Of a DNA stretch of 64,000 nucleotides, positions 29,235 through 43,552 are shown piece after piece (positions within the stretch are counted from its first letter, which is position 1; every line of letters begins with the position of its first letter). Source of the DNA: Octopus vulgaris (lineage: Eukaryota); assembly GCA_951406725.2 (NCBI GenBank), contig OX597830.1, positions 17,298,001 through 17,362,000 on the forward strand, given 5' to 3'. A program made the position numbers and the translations under genes. The notes beneath the pieces are model-generated. The model had not been told where the DNA came from, did no database searches, and was given only the letters and a program-made list of their open reading frames with translations.

Positions 29235-30270
29235 CTGAGGTTGTTGATTCGTTCATCTACCTTGGAAGTTCTGTACAAAATGATGGTAATCTTGATACAG
29301 GAATACATCTGCGAATTCAAAGGGCAGCAAAAGCATTTGGTGGCTTAGGGTCACGCGTTTGGCGCCAGCGACATATGAATAACAATACAAAGTTGTCTCT
29401 TTACAAATCCTTTGTCTTACCATCCCTGTTGTATTCTTGTAAAACATGGACTTGTTATGAAAGGCATTTTGAATTGTTAGAACAATTCCACCAAAAATGC
29501 CTTCATCGCATTTTAAACATTAAATGGAGTTCTTTTTCTCCAAATACAGATGTCCTTGCATCTGCAGGCATCACTTCAATTAAAGCTATGATTTTGAGAA
29601 ACCAAATGAGATGGTGTGACTATATTGTTCGAATGGCAGATGAATGCACACCTAAACAGCTGTTTTATGGTTAGCTTGCAGAGGAGAAGCACTATCGGCG
29701 TAAACTTAAAATAATTGGGTTTAAGGACGGCATGAGGACTACGATGAAGTCACTTGGAATGAATCCAGAGGACATAGAAACCCTTGCTTTGGATTGAGCT
29801 GGATGGTGAACAAAAGTGTAGAGTAGTGTGAAAGCGTTTGAAGAGGCCAGGATAACACATGCAAGACTCAAGAGAGATTTAAAAAGAATATTACGATCGA
29901 GAACGTGTATCACAATGACCTTTTTGTGCACAGTTTGTGACAGACCATGCCTTTCTTTTGCTGGGCTCAAATCTCATTTGTGAACCCATGGAAAACGAAC
30001 CTACACCAACTATTCTACCTATATGTCTGTGCACACCTTTGAATGCAATGTATGCCAGAAGGTTTGCAAATCTAACAGGTCTCAAAAGACATTTTAAGAT
30101 CCACAAAAATCAGAGCTTAACTGCAGCTCTTGGTGGTCCAAATCAGATATCCAATCTATGTGGGTGTCTTCAAAACATTGTCTGGTTTAAAAAGCCACAT
30201 CAGATGTCATGCTGGTTCTAAGGTGTAGGTACAGGAGGTGACTAAACTCTGCATAAGAAGTAGACAACCA
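29235..30270 (+). mobile_element. 5'-truncated RTE-type LINE with C-terminal C2H2-like zinc-finger remnants
   Basis: FIYLGS, KLSLYKSFVLPSLLYSCKTW, PKQLFYG and CTVCDRPCLSFAGLKSHL motifs. Confidence 0.75.
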
Positions 30271-30310
30271 CCATATATCTATTTATATGCATGTGTACAT
30301 ATATACATAT

Positions 30311-30351
<41 letters not shown>

Positions 30352-30354
<3 letters not shown>

Positions 30355-31400
30355 TGGGTTGAGGCATAAACAAAAAAAAACTACAACAAATTAATTAATA
30401 GCATACTCTCCATTGTTGTTTACGACTTCCTCCCATCGTTCAATAAGTTTTTGGATGCCTCGACGATAGAAATCTCCGTCCTGACTCAAAGAATTCGTCC
30501 AACCAAGCCCTCATTCCCACGTCGTTATTGAACGATACACCTCACAAAGTGGTCAGGCCTTGTCGTGTTGCAGAGGAACACCATTTCGCCTATTCGGTCT
30601 CATTTTCGGAATTGCTTCGTTGCGTCGGTGAAGTTGTTGAACGTAGAACTCAGCATTGAGTGTTTTGTTGCGCTCAAGCTGTTCGTAATTAATTATGTCT
30701 CCCCAGTCCCAACGTACACACAATATGGTTTTTTTCGAGGATGAAGGTCTTGTTTTGCTCGCAGAGTCGCTTGTTTGTTGGTGCTGAGCCATTTTTTTCG
30801 CTGCTTCATATCAACGTAAAGGCACCATTTTTCATCGCCAGTGACAATGCGGTAAAGAAAACGCTGTTAGTGACCGTGGGTTGAGCGATGTCGAGCGAGC
30901 AAACTGACGGTCATTGTGGAGAGTTGATTTTTACTATTTTCGCTCAAATTGTGTGGCACCTAAGCGCCGAGTTTCTGAACCTTACCCATTGAGTGAAGGT
31001 GGTTCACCACAGTTTTTTGATTACAGTTCATCTGCTCCCCCAATTTGACGTGGATTTTCGTGAAGAAGTTGATTCAATCAATCTTCATCGAGTTAGTCGC
31101 CCGGTGTGTCATCCGTCCTTGAGGTAAAAATTCCCATTTTTAAAGCGCGAAAACCTACGTCGGGCGGTACTTTGAGGCATTGCTCCTTTTCCATGCGCAA
31201 CATAAATCTCACGAGTAGCTTCGGCAGCCTTAACACGATTAAATGCAAAAAGCGAATGGTGCCGAAAATACTCATTTTCGTCCATTTCACATTCCATTTT
31301 AATGATCTGAAAATACACAAAAATCTGTAAAATTGAAAAATCAAAGCACATTATCTTGTAGAGCAAAAAATTCTCTTTTAATTAATATAAAACATTTTGC
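30352..31400 (-). mobile_element. Decayed, internally deleted mariner element
   Basis: MECEMDENEYFRH...GNFYLKD N-terminus, IVTGDEKW and LQHDKA motifs; terminal TATTGGGTTG. Confidence 0.8.
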
Positions 31401-31587
31401 CAATGCCTTTTATTAAAGAGTACCACCTTTTACTGCGCAAGCCCTGAAGGCATGGTGGCCAGAAAATTTTTGTTAAATTGCAGATAATCTTTGACTTCCC
31501 GTATTATATATATAAACTAGGGTACGTAAAAGACGATCGGTTAGCTGGTCGAAACTTCGAAGTCACTGGCAATTATATTTTTGTCTA

Positions 31588-32525
<938 letters not shown>

Positions 32526-32619
32526 TAATATATTTACGAGAGGGTAACCAAAAGTAACCGGAAGCGTTCTCTGTATGACAAGCTCGTTGCAGCTCAAGCC
32601 TCCGCCGCTAGAAGCCACT

Positions 32620-33490
32620 TGATGCAACCCTCAGGCATCAGTCTGCCGACCGGCGTTATCGATTAGAAAACAGGATAGTGATGCAGTGCTACTTAGAAAG
32701 TGAACCTGAAAGAAGGGATTGTAGAAAACGGATGTTAACATTTTGGGTAGGGAAAGGTATGTTTAAAGTGACTGAGCAGAGATTAGTTGATCAAGCTTAT
32801 GCTATTAGGAGAAGAAAATGGATGGCAAAATTGGAAGAAGAGATCACAAGAGAACTGGAAAAGAAAGACCAGGCAGTGGGAAAGACAAACAACAACATAA
32901 GAGATACAGCTTAAACCAAAGAAGATTCTAAAGGGAAAAAAATAATAATAGCGCAACTAATAAAGAAGAGACAACTGGCATTAGCGACTTAAGCGACTTA
33001 AGTGAGGAAGACCAGAAGACTTTAGATGAGTTGCAGGAAGTAATGAGTAAAGAAGAAAGAAAAGGATTGCCAGCATTAAAAGGCACCAACAGAAGGAAGC
33101 TGCTAGAAATGACTAGGAAAGTAGCTTCTGTTATCAATAGGATAGATACTAAAAATATAGGAGACACTAATTTGCTGATCAATGCAGGAGGGGTAGTAGT
33201 CACCAGAAGATTAGATATCTCACAGGGAAAGATTAAATGAGAGCAAATGTGGAAAAGGAGACTACAAAATAAAGTGAAGACTTTAAGACAAGAGCCGAGT
33301 AAAATAGAAGCCTGGAAACTGAACAAGTTGGGAAACACAAGATGTAAATCTTCCCTCGAGAAAAGATACCAAGTCAAAGAGAAAGGATTTGGGGCTGTAA
33401 TAGAAGAGTTGAAACAATGAATCATAGCAGTAACAGGCAAACTCTCCAGATAACAGAAAAGAATAGATCAGTATAAACAGAATAGATTAT
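32620..33490 (+). mobile_element. R4/Dong-like LINE N-terminal fragment
   Basis: VMQCYLESEPERRDCRKRML..W...EQRLVDQAYAIRRRKW; homologous to the segment from 34430 onward. Confidence 0.7.
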
Positions 33491-34293
33491 GTGAAGGTTG
33501 GGTGGTTCGACTTCCATAATTGGTGGGGACGTTTTTGGGAACCCCTTTAAGAGCCTCGGTGTAGGTCTCACGTTCGGGGTGCCCACGTCCTCCGGAAAGC
33601 TCTCTCGAATTTTTTGCGTAGGAATCGAGCGACGACATTCGCACCAGAAGTAAAACTTCTGGTACACAAAATGTTTTCGATTCGAATATCACTCTGCCTG
33701 TTTCAAATTCCGTGTTTTGAGTTACGAGGGCACCAGTTCTTCGTTGTCTTGAGTACGGTGTTGGGTGTTTTGTGTTGGTGTTGTTTAGTTCGTTTGCTTG
33801 ACTGTAGTGGTGATGGTCTTGTTGTTGTTTCTGTTATGCTTCATGGAGTTTTTCTTCTGTGCTTTCTTGTTTTTTTTTTTTACCTTTTGGTTTTCCTTGA
33901 TCTTCACTACTGGAAGATGAAGAGTTAGTTGCCGTGTGTCTGTGTCTGTGCGTATGTTTATAATCTTGTTTATGTATATATATATATATATATATTTTGT
34001 GAGGGGTTGGGAGAGCTTTTCTTGTTCCCCCAAGGGTGGTTAATGTCTTTGATGTTGCTGCTGGTGTTGTTTGTGGTCCTCGTCCCGGCGTAGGCAGCGG
34101 TGGAGGCCTTTTGACCCTTTGTACTTTGTACCAGTTGGGGGCAGTGAGCTCGCAAGTGAGTCGTTTCTCCACACGAGAAACAATCCGGCCTTTTCCCCTA
34201 TATCCTAGGGTAGAGATCCTGCTAGTGATGGGGTCACTGAAAATAAAAAGAAGTACTGGTGGTTGCGCAACCTAAAATTCACTAACCCTCATC

Positions 34294-37149
34294 ATGAGTG
34301 CTGAAATGTCAAATAAAAGTAGAAATAAGAACGGCGTGAATGAATCTGGAACACCTTGTGAAGGTCTCTCGCCTGGCGGGTGCCCCACGGGTGAGCAGCG
34401 TGGGCCCAGTCGTCATCAAGCAATTGCTAAAAGAAGATGGACGACAGCAATGAATGTGGTTGTAATGGGGTGCTACTTTCTGGATAATTGGAGAAATGAT
34501 AAAGAAGTACCCGCTAGGGGATATAGAAAAAGAATGCATAGGGCTTGGAGCGAGAGGGGCCTATTTGATTTAAGTGAACAAAATCTGCGTGACCAAGCTA
34601 GAGTCACCAGGAAGAATGAATGGTTATCTCCAGTTGAACTAGAAAGTAGTAAGAGCAGGGTGCTTAGGGATAGTAAGACCAGCGGTGAACGGACGGAGGA
34701 GGAATGAATGCAGATAGTGAAACTATGGCTGTAGAGTTAAAGGAAGAAAATGAGCATGAGGCTGCGATTATTGATCAGGAAAGCGATGAGAGAACGAGGA
34801 ACAGATATTCATTTTAAATAAAATCATTGATATTTGGACCTTTGGTGAATAGAACTTTCATAGGGGTTTAAAAAGTAGACAGAAACTCGATGAATGGATC
34901 AGGAAGATAAATGATTTCACTGGTGATATAAGGACTGATAGCATCACAGACGCCATCAATCTGATAAAATGCAATCTCAATCTTTATAGCCCGGAAGTTT
35001 GGTGTGAAAGCCAAAGATAAATGTCAACATAACCTGAAGGAACCATGGTGGAAAAGGAGAATAACGCAATCTATTAACGAGACCAGAAAACGTTAATATT
35101 TTGGAATGGAAAAAAAAGAAAGAAATGAAGTTCAGAGAAAGAAATATGTTGAGCTAGAAAGGAAGTATAGGGGGAAGAGAAAGAGAATCAATGCTGTGAT
35201 TGAGGAATTAAAGAAGAGGTTGAAAGCTAAAGCACATAAACTAAAGAGATATGAAGAGAGAATTGAGCAATGCAGATTAAACAGACTTTCGAACAAAATC
35301 AGCAACGAGTCTATCAGGAACTGGATGGGAAAGAAAAAGGTGAAAGAGCCGTGCCGGATGCTGAAGAAAGCAAAAGATTCTGGTCAAACATATGATCTCA
35401 GGAGAAACAACACGAAACTGGAGCAGAGTGGTTAAAGACACTCAAAGAGGAGAGTGGAGAGTATCAGTAGGAGGATTTAAGAATAACCGAGGAGATGATT
35501 AAAGATCAGTGCAGGAAAATTACTAACTGGAAAGCGCCTGGCCCAGATGGGGTTCAGGGTTTTTGGCTTAAAATCATGACAGCTCTTCACAAAAGAATTG
35601 CGAGACAGATGGACGAAATACGAGTAGTGACATCTAAGTACCGGAATGGATGACAAAAGGAAGAACGGTACTATGCCAGAAGAACCCAAGTAAAGGGAAT
35701 GCGGTTGGAAATTTCCGACCAATTTCTTGTGTGCCACTGATGTGGAAACTGAAGACGGGTATCATATCAAACAGTACCTAGATAAGAACGACCTACTACC
35801 GGTGGAACAAAAAGATGGTAGATGTAAGAGTAGAGGAGCGAAGGATCAATTACTAATCGATAAGACTATCCTGGCTGACTGCAAGAAGAGACAAAAATTT
35901 GGCGATGGCATGGGTAGACTACAGGAAAGTATAGGGCATGGTCCTTCACTTGTGAATTATTGAATGCCTTAAACTGCTTAAGGTCTCCCACAATATCCTG
36001 AAGTTAATACAAAACTCAATGACAACGTGGCGAGCTGAACTCACAGCATGGGGAGATAAACTGGGAGAGGTAACTATCAAAAGAGGAATCTTTCAAGGGG
36101 ACAGTCTGTCGCCTCCCTTATTTGTTGTCTACATACTGCCACTAACGAGCGTTTTAAGAAATATATGTGTGGGGCACATGCTAGGCAGGGTGAAAGTAAA
36201 CAACCTGTGGTTTATGAATGACCTAAAGCTATTCGCTAAAACTGAGAGTTTGACGGCAACTGTGCAGATGATTAGCAAAGACATTGGCATGGAATTTGGG
36301 ATCGAGAAATGTGATGTAATGATTCTCGAAAGGGAGAAAATCAGTAAAAGCAATGGGATCAAGTTGGAAAGTGGTGAAACTATAAAGGAAGTCGGAGAGG
36401 AAGAATATATGGGTATCGTTGAAAGAAATTAGATGAACGAACACAAGATGGAAGAAATGTACAGGAAAGAGTATTTGAGAACTCGGTTTGTGCTAGAAGT
36501 ATATTGAGTTCTTCATAACCAGCTGATCTAGCAAGCGGGGCCTCATATCAGTGAGGGGGGGGCCGGTGCGCATTGATACCGTCGAGAGGTAGGCCCCGAA
36601 ACGGCACGCATTCTCTCATGATGACCCCATACACTTGCTAGCTTCCGGTATACGGAGCTTTTAACTGGTAGCACTTGCATGTGCAAGTTGTTTGCAAGAC
36701 ATCTAAATGGCTGCTATAACATTAGAGCAATTAACACGTGGGCAGTTGCTTTGATGAGATACGGGACAGGAATAGTATCTTGGAAGAAGCATGAATTACA
36801 AGAGACAAACCGGAGAACACGTAAATTAATGACAATGAACAAGGAACTACACCCCAAGAGTGATGTGTCAAGGTTGTATGTAAAGAGGAAAGAAGGAGGA
36901 CAGGGATTGGTGTGTTGTGAAAGTTGTGTAAGAGAAAAGGAGATCATTGATGTAACCATACCAAATGACATGTAATGTTGTGAGTAAAGAGGTTGGAAAA
37001 AAAATCACCAAGTACTCCGAATTGAAAATGGAAATGGCAAGACTGTATGGAATGCGAGAGAGTAATGTAAAAGTGATACCAGTGGTGATCGGAGCGTTGG
37101 GCTCGAGCCCATTGACACTTCAAGACTGCTTAAGGCAATTGGAAATTCC

Positions 37150-37150
<1 letters not shown>
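34294..37150 (+). mobile_element. Long degenerate R4/Dong-like RLE non-LTR retrotransposon ending in (TAA)n
   Basis: Myb-like N-terminus, WKAPGPDG, GIFQGDSLSP, FMNDLKLF, RLYVKRKEGGQGL and VIPVVIGALG motifs; many stops. Confidence 0.85.
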
Positions 37151-37201
<51 letters not shown>

Positions 37202-37204
37202 TAA

Positions 37205-37511
37205 AAAAACAAAGATCTGGAAATAGAGGTAACTCGAATGTGGAATCTAAAAACAGAAACAATTCCTATCATAGTAGGTGCATTAGGCATGATAACAAAA
37301 ATTCAGACAAATACATAACAAAAACACCAGGACTTACAAACACATATAACATACAGAAAATTGCACTACTAAGCACTGCACACATCCTACGCAGAACACT
37401 TTCAATACAGTAACCATCAGAGCATCACAACAAATCACAACACATACCCAAGGCACATAGAGCTGCGCTCGGTAGTGAAGTGAAAGCACGCTATAAAAAT
37501 AAAACTACTGA
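37205..37511 (+). mobile_element. Dong-like 3' fragment between (TAA)n tracts
   Basis: IPIIVGALG..IQKIALLSTAHILR; ends AAAACTACTG(AAT)n. The same 3' end occurs at 51670 and 52440. Confidence 0.8.
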
Positions 37512-37619
37512 ATAATAATAATAATAAACAAATTAGGAATAAAAATTACAATAGGAAATAATCCAATATTAATAATGTTAATACTAAGAAAAGCGTAAAT
37601 ATAAATAATAGAAGAATAA

Positions 37620-37860
37620 ATCAAGGAATATTGTTTGGTATAACGTGCCATTCACATATTCAATAGCTACTAATATTCCTCGAAAATTCTCTGCTGCACT
37701 AGATAATTATTTCCCATTTTCAAGTAAATATGAGAAATTATTTAATCGGCATAGTATAAAGTTTTCATATTCAACCACTAGAAATTTAGCTGAGATTATA
37801 GTAGCACATAATAAACAGAGAATTAGAGATTATCTCAACTCAAAATCTATAAACAAGAGT
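37620..37860 (+). mobile_element. Penelope-like element ORF fragment (RT-thumb/linker region before GIY-YIG)
   Basis: RNIVWYNVPFTYSIATNIPRKF...KLFNRHSIKFSYSTTRNLAEIIVAHNK matches a characteristic PLE motif. Confidence 0.7.
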
Positions 37861-38069
37861 AAACTCGGTAATGATCATTGTGAAAGTAACTCATCTGTTG
37901 CATTAAAGCAATTCTGATGATGCAGCATTAAATTTCGTTGTTCGTTTAACACTATGTGGCGACAATAGTTAAGGGCAGATTCCACGACGGCTTTGAACAT
38001 CTCTTCCACAGGAACAACATGATTTCTTATTTTCTGTTTCCGAATAATCTCAGAATCCATTCTGCCTGT

Positions 38070-38930
38070 CCCCAGCGCTTTACATCCGTATTTTCATTAC
38101 GTGCATAAAATGCGCCGTTACTTGTATCATCCCATTTGGTAATGCCACTATATATGAATTCGGGGATTGCAATCTCTTCCGGTCTTTCATATCTTGACTA
38201 CGATGTTTTCCATCATTAATTTTCACGTTGTAATCTTCATCCAGCTGTCGGCTTTTGATAAGAGCGGAGTTGCTCCTTGATTGACTTGTATACTTATTTC
38301 TTTACTACCCACAAGGGGCTAAACACAGAAGGGACAAACAAGGACAGATAAACGGATTAAGTCGATTAAGTGCGTAACTGGTACTTAATTTATCGACCCC
38401 CGAAAGGATGAAAGGCAAAGTCGACCTCGGCGGAATTTGAACTCACAACGTAACGACAGACGAAATACGGCTACGCATTTCGGCCGGCGTGCTAACGTCT
38501 CTGCAAGCTCACCGCCTTGTATACTTTCGTATCGTCCCCATTGCGAGTGTGGCTGTTAGTATAATAAAGAGTATGTCTGGGTAGAGCCACTACAAACAAC
38601 AACGGCTCCAGTGCAGTACTTCAAGCGACGTAACTCAGAATTGTCCTTTTCTTTCCAAGAACACCGTTGGCTGCAACAACCTGACTCCCACCTCTTAAAA
38701 GTATCATGTAGCCTCTTCCCTAATTTTTTTTTATCTCGAGCGAGATCGTCCAGTTTCTGACATTTCATTTCATGGTCAACTTTATTGAAGACCTTTGCCA
38801 AGTCGAGTTATACCTCATCCACGTTTGATTGGTTGAGTAGCTGTATGAGGTAATTTCATACCGGGCAGAAGTCGTGCTGAATATCAACAAGTCATTTTTT
38901 TCCGAGAGTTCGATTAGTTTCCAGCAGTAT
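38070..38930 (-). mobile_element. CR1/L2-like LINE RT relic with an inserted family A SINE (38296-38517)
   Basis: DLAKVFNKVDH (D..KAFD.VDH-like) motif; degenerate. Confidence 0.6.
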
Positions 38931-39593
38931 AACCTTTATTTAACAGCTGATGTAATTTTATGTCTGTATCATGTCCTGTGTATTTTAGTTGTTATCTGTG
39001 CTTAATTTTTTTCTTCTAAGTTGATGGGAACAGCACGCAAATTTTTTGTCTCCCTTAGTATGTCTAAATCTTAGCTATATCCGCTACCCCTTCTCTCAAC
39101 TAATAATCCTTTCGTCTTCTCTATCTCCCTCTTTCTCTTTTCGGACCTCCGTCTCCTCGGTTTCTCGTCCTCTTTTGCATTTCCATTCTCACTTTTGCCT
39201 GTCCACTCACTTTTCTCTTTCCACGGTTTGATTCTAACCTTCCAGCAATGCCTTTATGTCTACACTTGATCCTAATTCTGCTATCCGTTTTGCAACTGAC
39301 CAACGCTTAACGTCCACCTTCATAATCTCATTTCCTCTTAACATTGCACCTTGCACAGTCGTCTCCAGTTTGTTATTCTTTCATTCTTCTTGAAAGACTT
39401 CACTGTTAATTTTTTCGCCATTCTCGTCCTTTGTTATTTTCGTATTCTTCTAAGATATATGAGTTAATTTTTCGTTTATTTTTGTATTCTTGTTGTTTTT
39501 AGTTCGGATTATTTCAGTCTGACCAATTGAAAATGAGTTTCAGCCACGTGTTAATACAGTTCAATCTTCTCTCTGTTCATTTCTTTCTTGCAG

Positions 39594-39866
39594 ATGTGCG
39601 ATCTGCCATAGTTTGAACGGAATTTAAAGATCATCAAACTCACTGGTTTTGGAGAGTTTGCAAAGGTTATGGGCTCCAACACGTGAAAAAAATGTCTATG
39701 TCGCAGGGAAATATTATCTGGTGATAATAAGCGAATAGATTAGAATCCTGTCAAATAATTTATTACTTGTCTTAAATTCCGAGGTGCAAATATATGCAAA
39801 CTCTCAAGAATTTTCTGAGAGCAGAAACCATGTGCTGGAATAACTCAGGTCATTTCATGTCAAGAT
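39594..39866 (+). pseudogene. Candidate decayed chitin-binding pseudo-exon
   Basis: Strong acceptor (TTTCTTTCTTGCAG|) and donor (GAT|GTAAGC). The 3' part reads FITC-x8-C-KLSRIF*-x4-C-x8-CQD, close to ChtBD2 spacing, but all frames contain stops. Confidence 0.4.
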
Positions 39867-40325
39867 GTAAGCTAATTCTCAAAGTTCCTAAATAATGTAC
39901 ACTTGGTTTAACGACTAAGTATGACTCAAACACCTCTTCAAATCCATATCTCCGCTTACAAGAGGGCCATATAGGATATTACGACATGCAATGGTTAATC
40001 CTGTAAGGTACCGCGTGAAAGTGTTCTCCTGAGTTAGTTCTTACGTACAAGTAAATTCCGGTGAGGGTCGTAACATAGGCGGGGACAGGAACTCAACACG
40101 AGTGCGGAAGTTGAAATTTACTTAGAAGTAATTATCTAGTAGCTCTGCATCAGGAGTGGAATATATATAATAATATATGTACAAGAAACCCCATGGGTGT
40201 ATACGCATGCGCGTGTCTGCGACTTTGCAATTATATAGGTTCCTACTTTATTTTAAAGTAGTTTATACCACAAGCATAACTCTCACATCGTCTCCTTATT
40301 TGAAAATTATGATTAATTTTTTCAG

Positions 40326-43300
40326 CCGATTGCACAGAAAATGAACCGCCAGTTACAGGAGATTGCACCAAAGTAGATATATGCTACAATGGTACAAGGT
40401 ATCATAATCGAAGCTGTGGCAATGGCAAAGCGTTTGACAAAGTGCTTAAGAATTGTACGGTGGAAGCGTATGAAGCATGTGTCAACAATAGCACAACTAC
40501 AACATCAGAATCAACATCAGAATCAACATCAGAATCAACAATAGTACCAACATCAGAATCAACAATAGTACCAACATCAGAACCAACATCAGAATTAACA
40601 ATAGTACCAACATCAGAATCAACAATAGTACCAACATCAAAACCAACATCAGAATCAACAATAGTACCAACATCAGAACCAACAATAGTACCAACATCAG
40701 AATCAACATCAGAACCAACATCAGAATCAACAATAGTACCAACAACAGAATCAACAATAGTACCAACATCAGAACCAACATCAGAATCAACAAAAGTACC
40801 AACATCAGAATCAACAATAGTACCAACAGCAGAACCAACATCAGAATCAACAATAGTACCAACATCAGAACCAACATCAGAATCAACAATAGTACCAACA
40901 TCAGAACCAACATCAGAATCAACAATAGCACCAACATCAGAATCAACAATAGTACCAACATCAGAACCAACATCAGAATCAACAATAGTACCAACATCAG
41001 AACCAACATCAGAATCAACAATAGTACCAACATCAGAACCAACATCAGAATCAACAATAGTACCAACATCAGAACCAACATCAGAATCAACAATAGTACC
41101 AACATCAGAACCAACATCAGAATCAACAATAGCACCAACATCAGAATCAACAATAGTACCAACATCAGAACCAACATCAGAATCAACAATAGTACCAACA
41201 TCAGAACCAACATCAGAATCAACAATAGTACCAACATCAGAACCAACATCAGAATCAACAATAGTACCAACATCAGAACCAACATCAGAATCAACAATAG
41301 TACCAACATCAGAACCAACATCAGAATCAACAATAGTACCAACATCAGAATCAACAATAGTACCAACATCAGAACCAACATCAGAATCAACAATAGTACC
41401 AACATCAGAATCAACAATAGTACCAACATCAGAACCGACATCAGAACCAACAATAGTACCAACATCAGTACCAACATCAGAACCAACATCAGAATCAACA
41501 ATAGTACCAACATCAGAACCAACATCAGAATCAACAATAGTACCAACATCAGAACCAACATCAGAATCAACAATAGTACCAACATCAGAATCAACAATAG
41601 TACCAACATCAGAACCAACATCAGAATCAACAATAGTACAAACATCAGAATCAACAATAGTACCAACATTAGATCCAACATCAGAATCAACAATAGTACC
41701 AACATCAGAATCAACAATAGTACCAACATCAGAACCAACATCAGAATCAACAATTGTACCAACATCAGAATCAACAATAGTACCAACATCAGAACCAACA
41801 TCAAAATCAACAATAGTACCAACATCAGAATCAACAATAGTACCAACATTAGATCCAACATCAGAATCAACAATTGTACCAACATCAGAATCAACAATAG
41901 TACCAACATCAGAACCAACATCAGAATCAACAATAGTACCAACATCAGAACCAACATCAGAATCAACAATAGTACCAACATCAGAATCAACAATAGTACC
42001 AACATCAGAACCAACATCAGAATCAACAATAGTACCAACATCAGAATCAACAATAGTACCAACATCAGAACCAACATCAGAATCAACAATAGTACCAACA
42101 TCAGAATCAACAATAGTACCAACATCAGAACCAACATCAGAATCAACAATAGTACCAACATCAGAATCAACAATAGTACCAACATCAGAACCAACATCAG
42201 AATCAACAATAGTACCAACATCAGAATCAACAATGGCACCAACATCAGAACCAACATCAGAATCAACAATAGTACCAACAACAGAATCAACATCAGAATC
42301 AACAATAGTACCAACATCAGAACCAACATCAGAATCAACAATTGTACCAACATCAGAATCAACAATAGTACCAACATCAGAACCAACATCAGAATCAACA
42401 ATAGTACCAACATCAGAACCAACATCAGAATCAACAATTGTACCAACATCAGAATCAACAATAGTACCAACAACAGAATCAACATCAGAATCAACAATAG
42501 TACCAACATCAGAACCAACATCAAAATCAACAATAGTACCAACATCAGAATCAACAATAGTACCAACATTAGATCCAACATCAGAATCAACAATTGTACC
42601 AACATCAGAATCAACAATAGTACCAACATCAGAACCAACATCAGAATCAACAATAGTACCAACATCAGAACCAACATCAGAATCAACAATAGTACCAACA
42701 TCAGAATCAACAATAGTACCAACATCAGAACCAACATCAGAATCAACAATAGTACCAACATCAGAATCAACAATAGTACCAACATCAGAACCAACATCAG
42801 AATCAACAATAGTACCAACATCAGAATCAACAATAGTACCAACATCAGAACCAACATCAGAATCAACAATAGTACCAACATCAGAATCAACAATGGCACC
42901 AACATCAGAACCAACATCAGAATCAACAATAGTACCAACATCAGAACCAACATCAGAATCAACAATAGTACCAACATCAGAATCAACATCAGAATCAACA
43001 ATAGTACCAACATCAGAATCAACAATAGTACCAACATCAGAACCAACATCAGAATCAACAATAGTACCAACATCAGAATCAACAATAGTACCAACATCAG
43101 AACCAACATCAGAATCAACAATAGTACCAACATCAGAATCAACAACAGAACCAACAACAGTACCAACAACAGAACCAACAACAGTACCAACAACAGTACC
43201 AACAACAGAACCAACAACAGAACCAACAACAGAACCAACAACAGAACCAACAACAGAACCAACAACAGAACCAACAATAGAACCAACAACAGAACCAACA

Positions 43301-43445
43301 ACAGTACCAACAACAGAACCAACAACAGAACCAACAACAGAACCAACAACAGTACCAACAACAGAACCAACAACAGAACCAACAACAGAACCAACAACAG
43401 TACCAACAACTACTACCACTACCCTGATGACTACAACTGCACCAG
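40326..43445 (+). CDS. Coding exon 3: six-Cys chitin-binding type-2 domain (DCTENEPPVTGDCTKVDICYNGTRYHNRSCGNGKAFDKVLKNCTVEAYEAC) followed by a ~980-aa TSES/TIVP/TSEP mucin tract
   Basis: Acceptor TTTCAG|, donor CCAG|GTAAAT, 3120 nt, phase 1-1, open frame (overlaps ORF 40442-43471). Cys spacing is peritrophin-A-like and the tandem repeats are PTS-rich. Confidence 0.9.
40494..43410 (+). repeat. Coding 12-bp minisatellite (AACATCAGAATC / AACAATAGTACC / AACATCAGAACC / AACAACAGAACC) forming the mucin domain
   Basis: Directly visible tandem array. Confidence 0.97.
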
Positions 43446-43552
43446 GTAAATCCATGACGTCATTGCGTTAATTCTTCAACTCCTTGTCTTATCTTTTCGC
43501 ATCGGCTCAGTATATAATCAAGTCAATGAGTTTTACTCGTTATCTTTGTTGC

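Noticed and set aside
36490-36700. GC-richer insert in the Dong-like element with CCGTCGAGAGGTAGGCCCCGAAACGG
   Set aside because: The hammerhead resemblance is weak (mutated core, mismatched stem II, no stem I); left unclassified.
40402-43455. Two ~1000-aa antisense ORFs
   Set aside because: Shadows of the stop-free 12-bp mucin repeat; only the + frame links to splice sites and a Cys domain.
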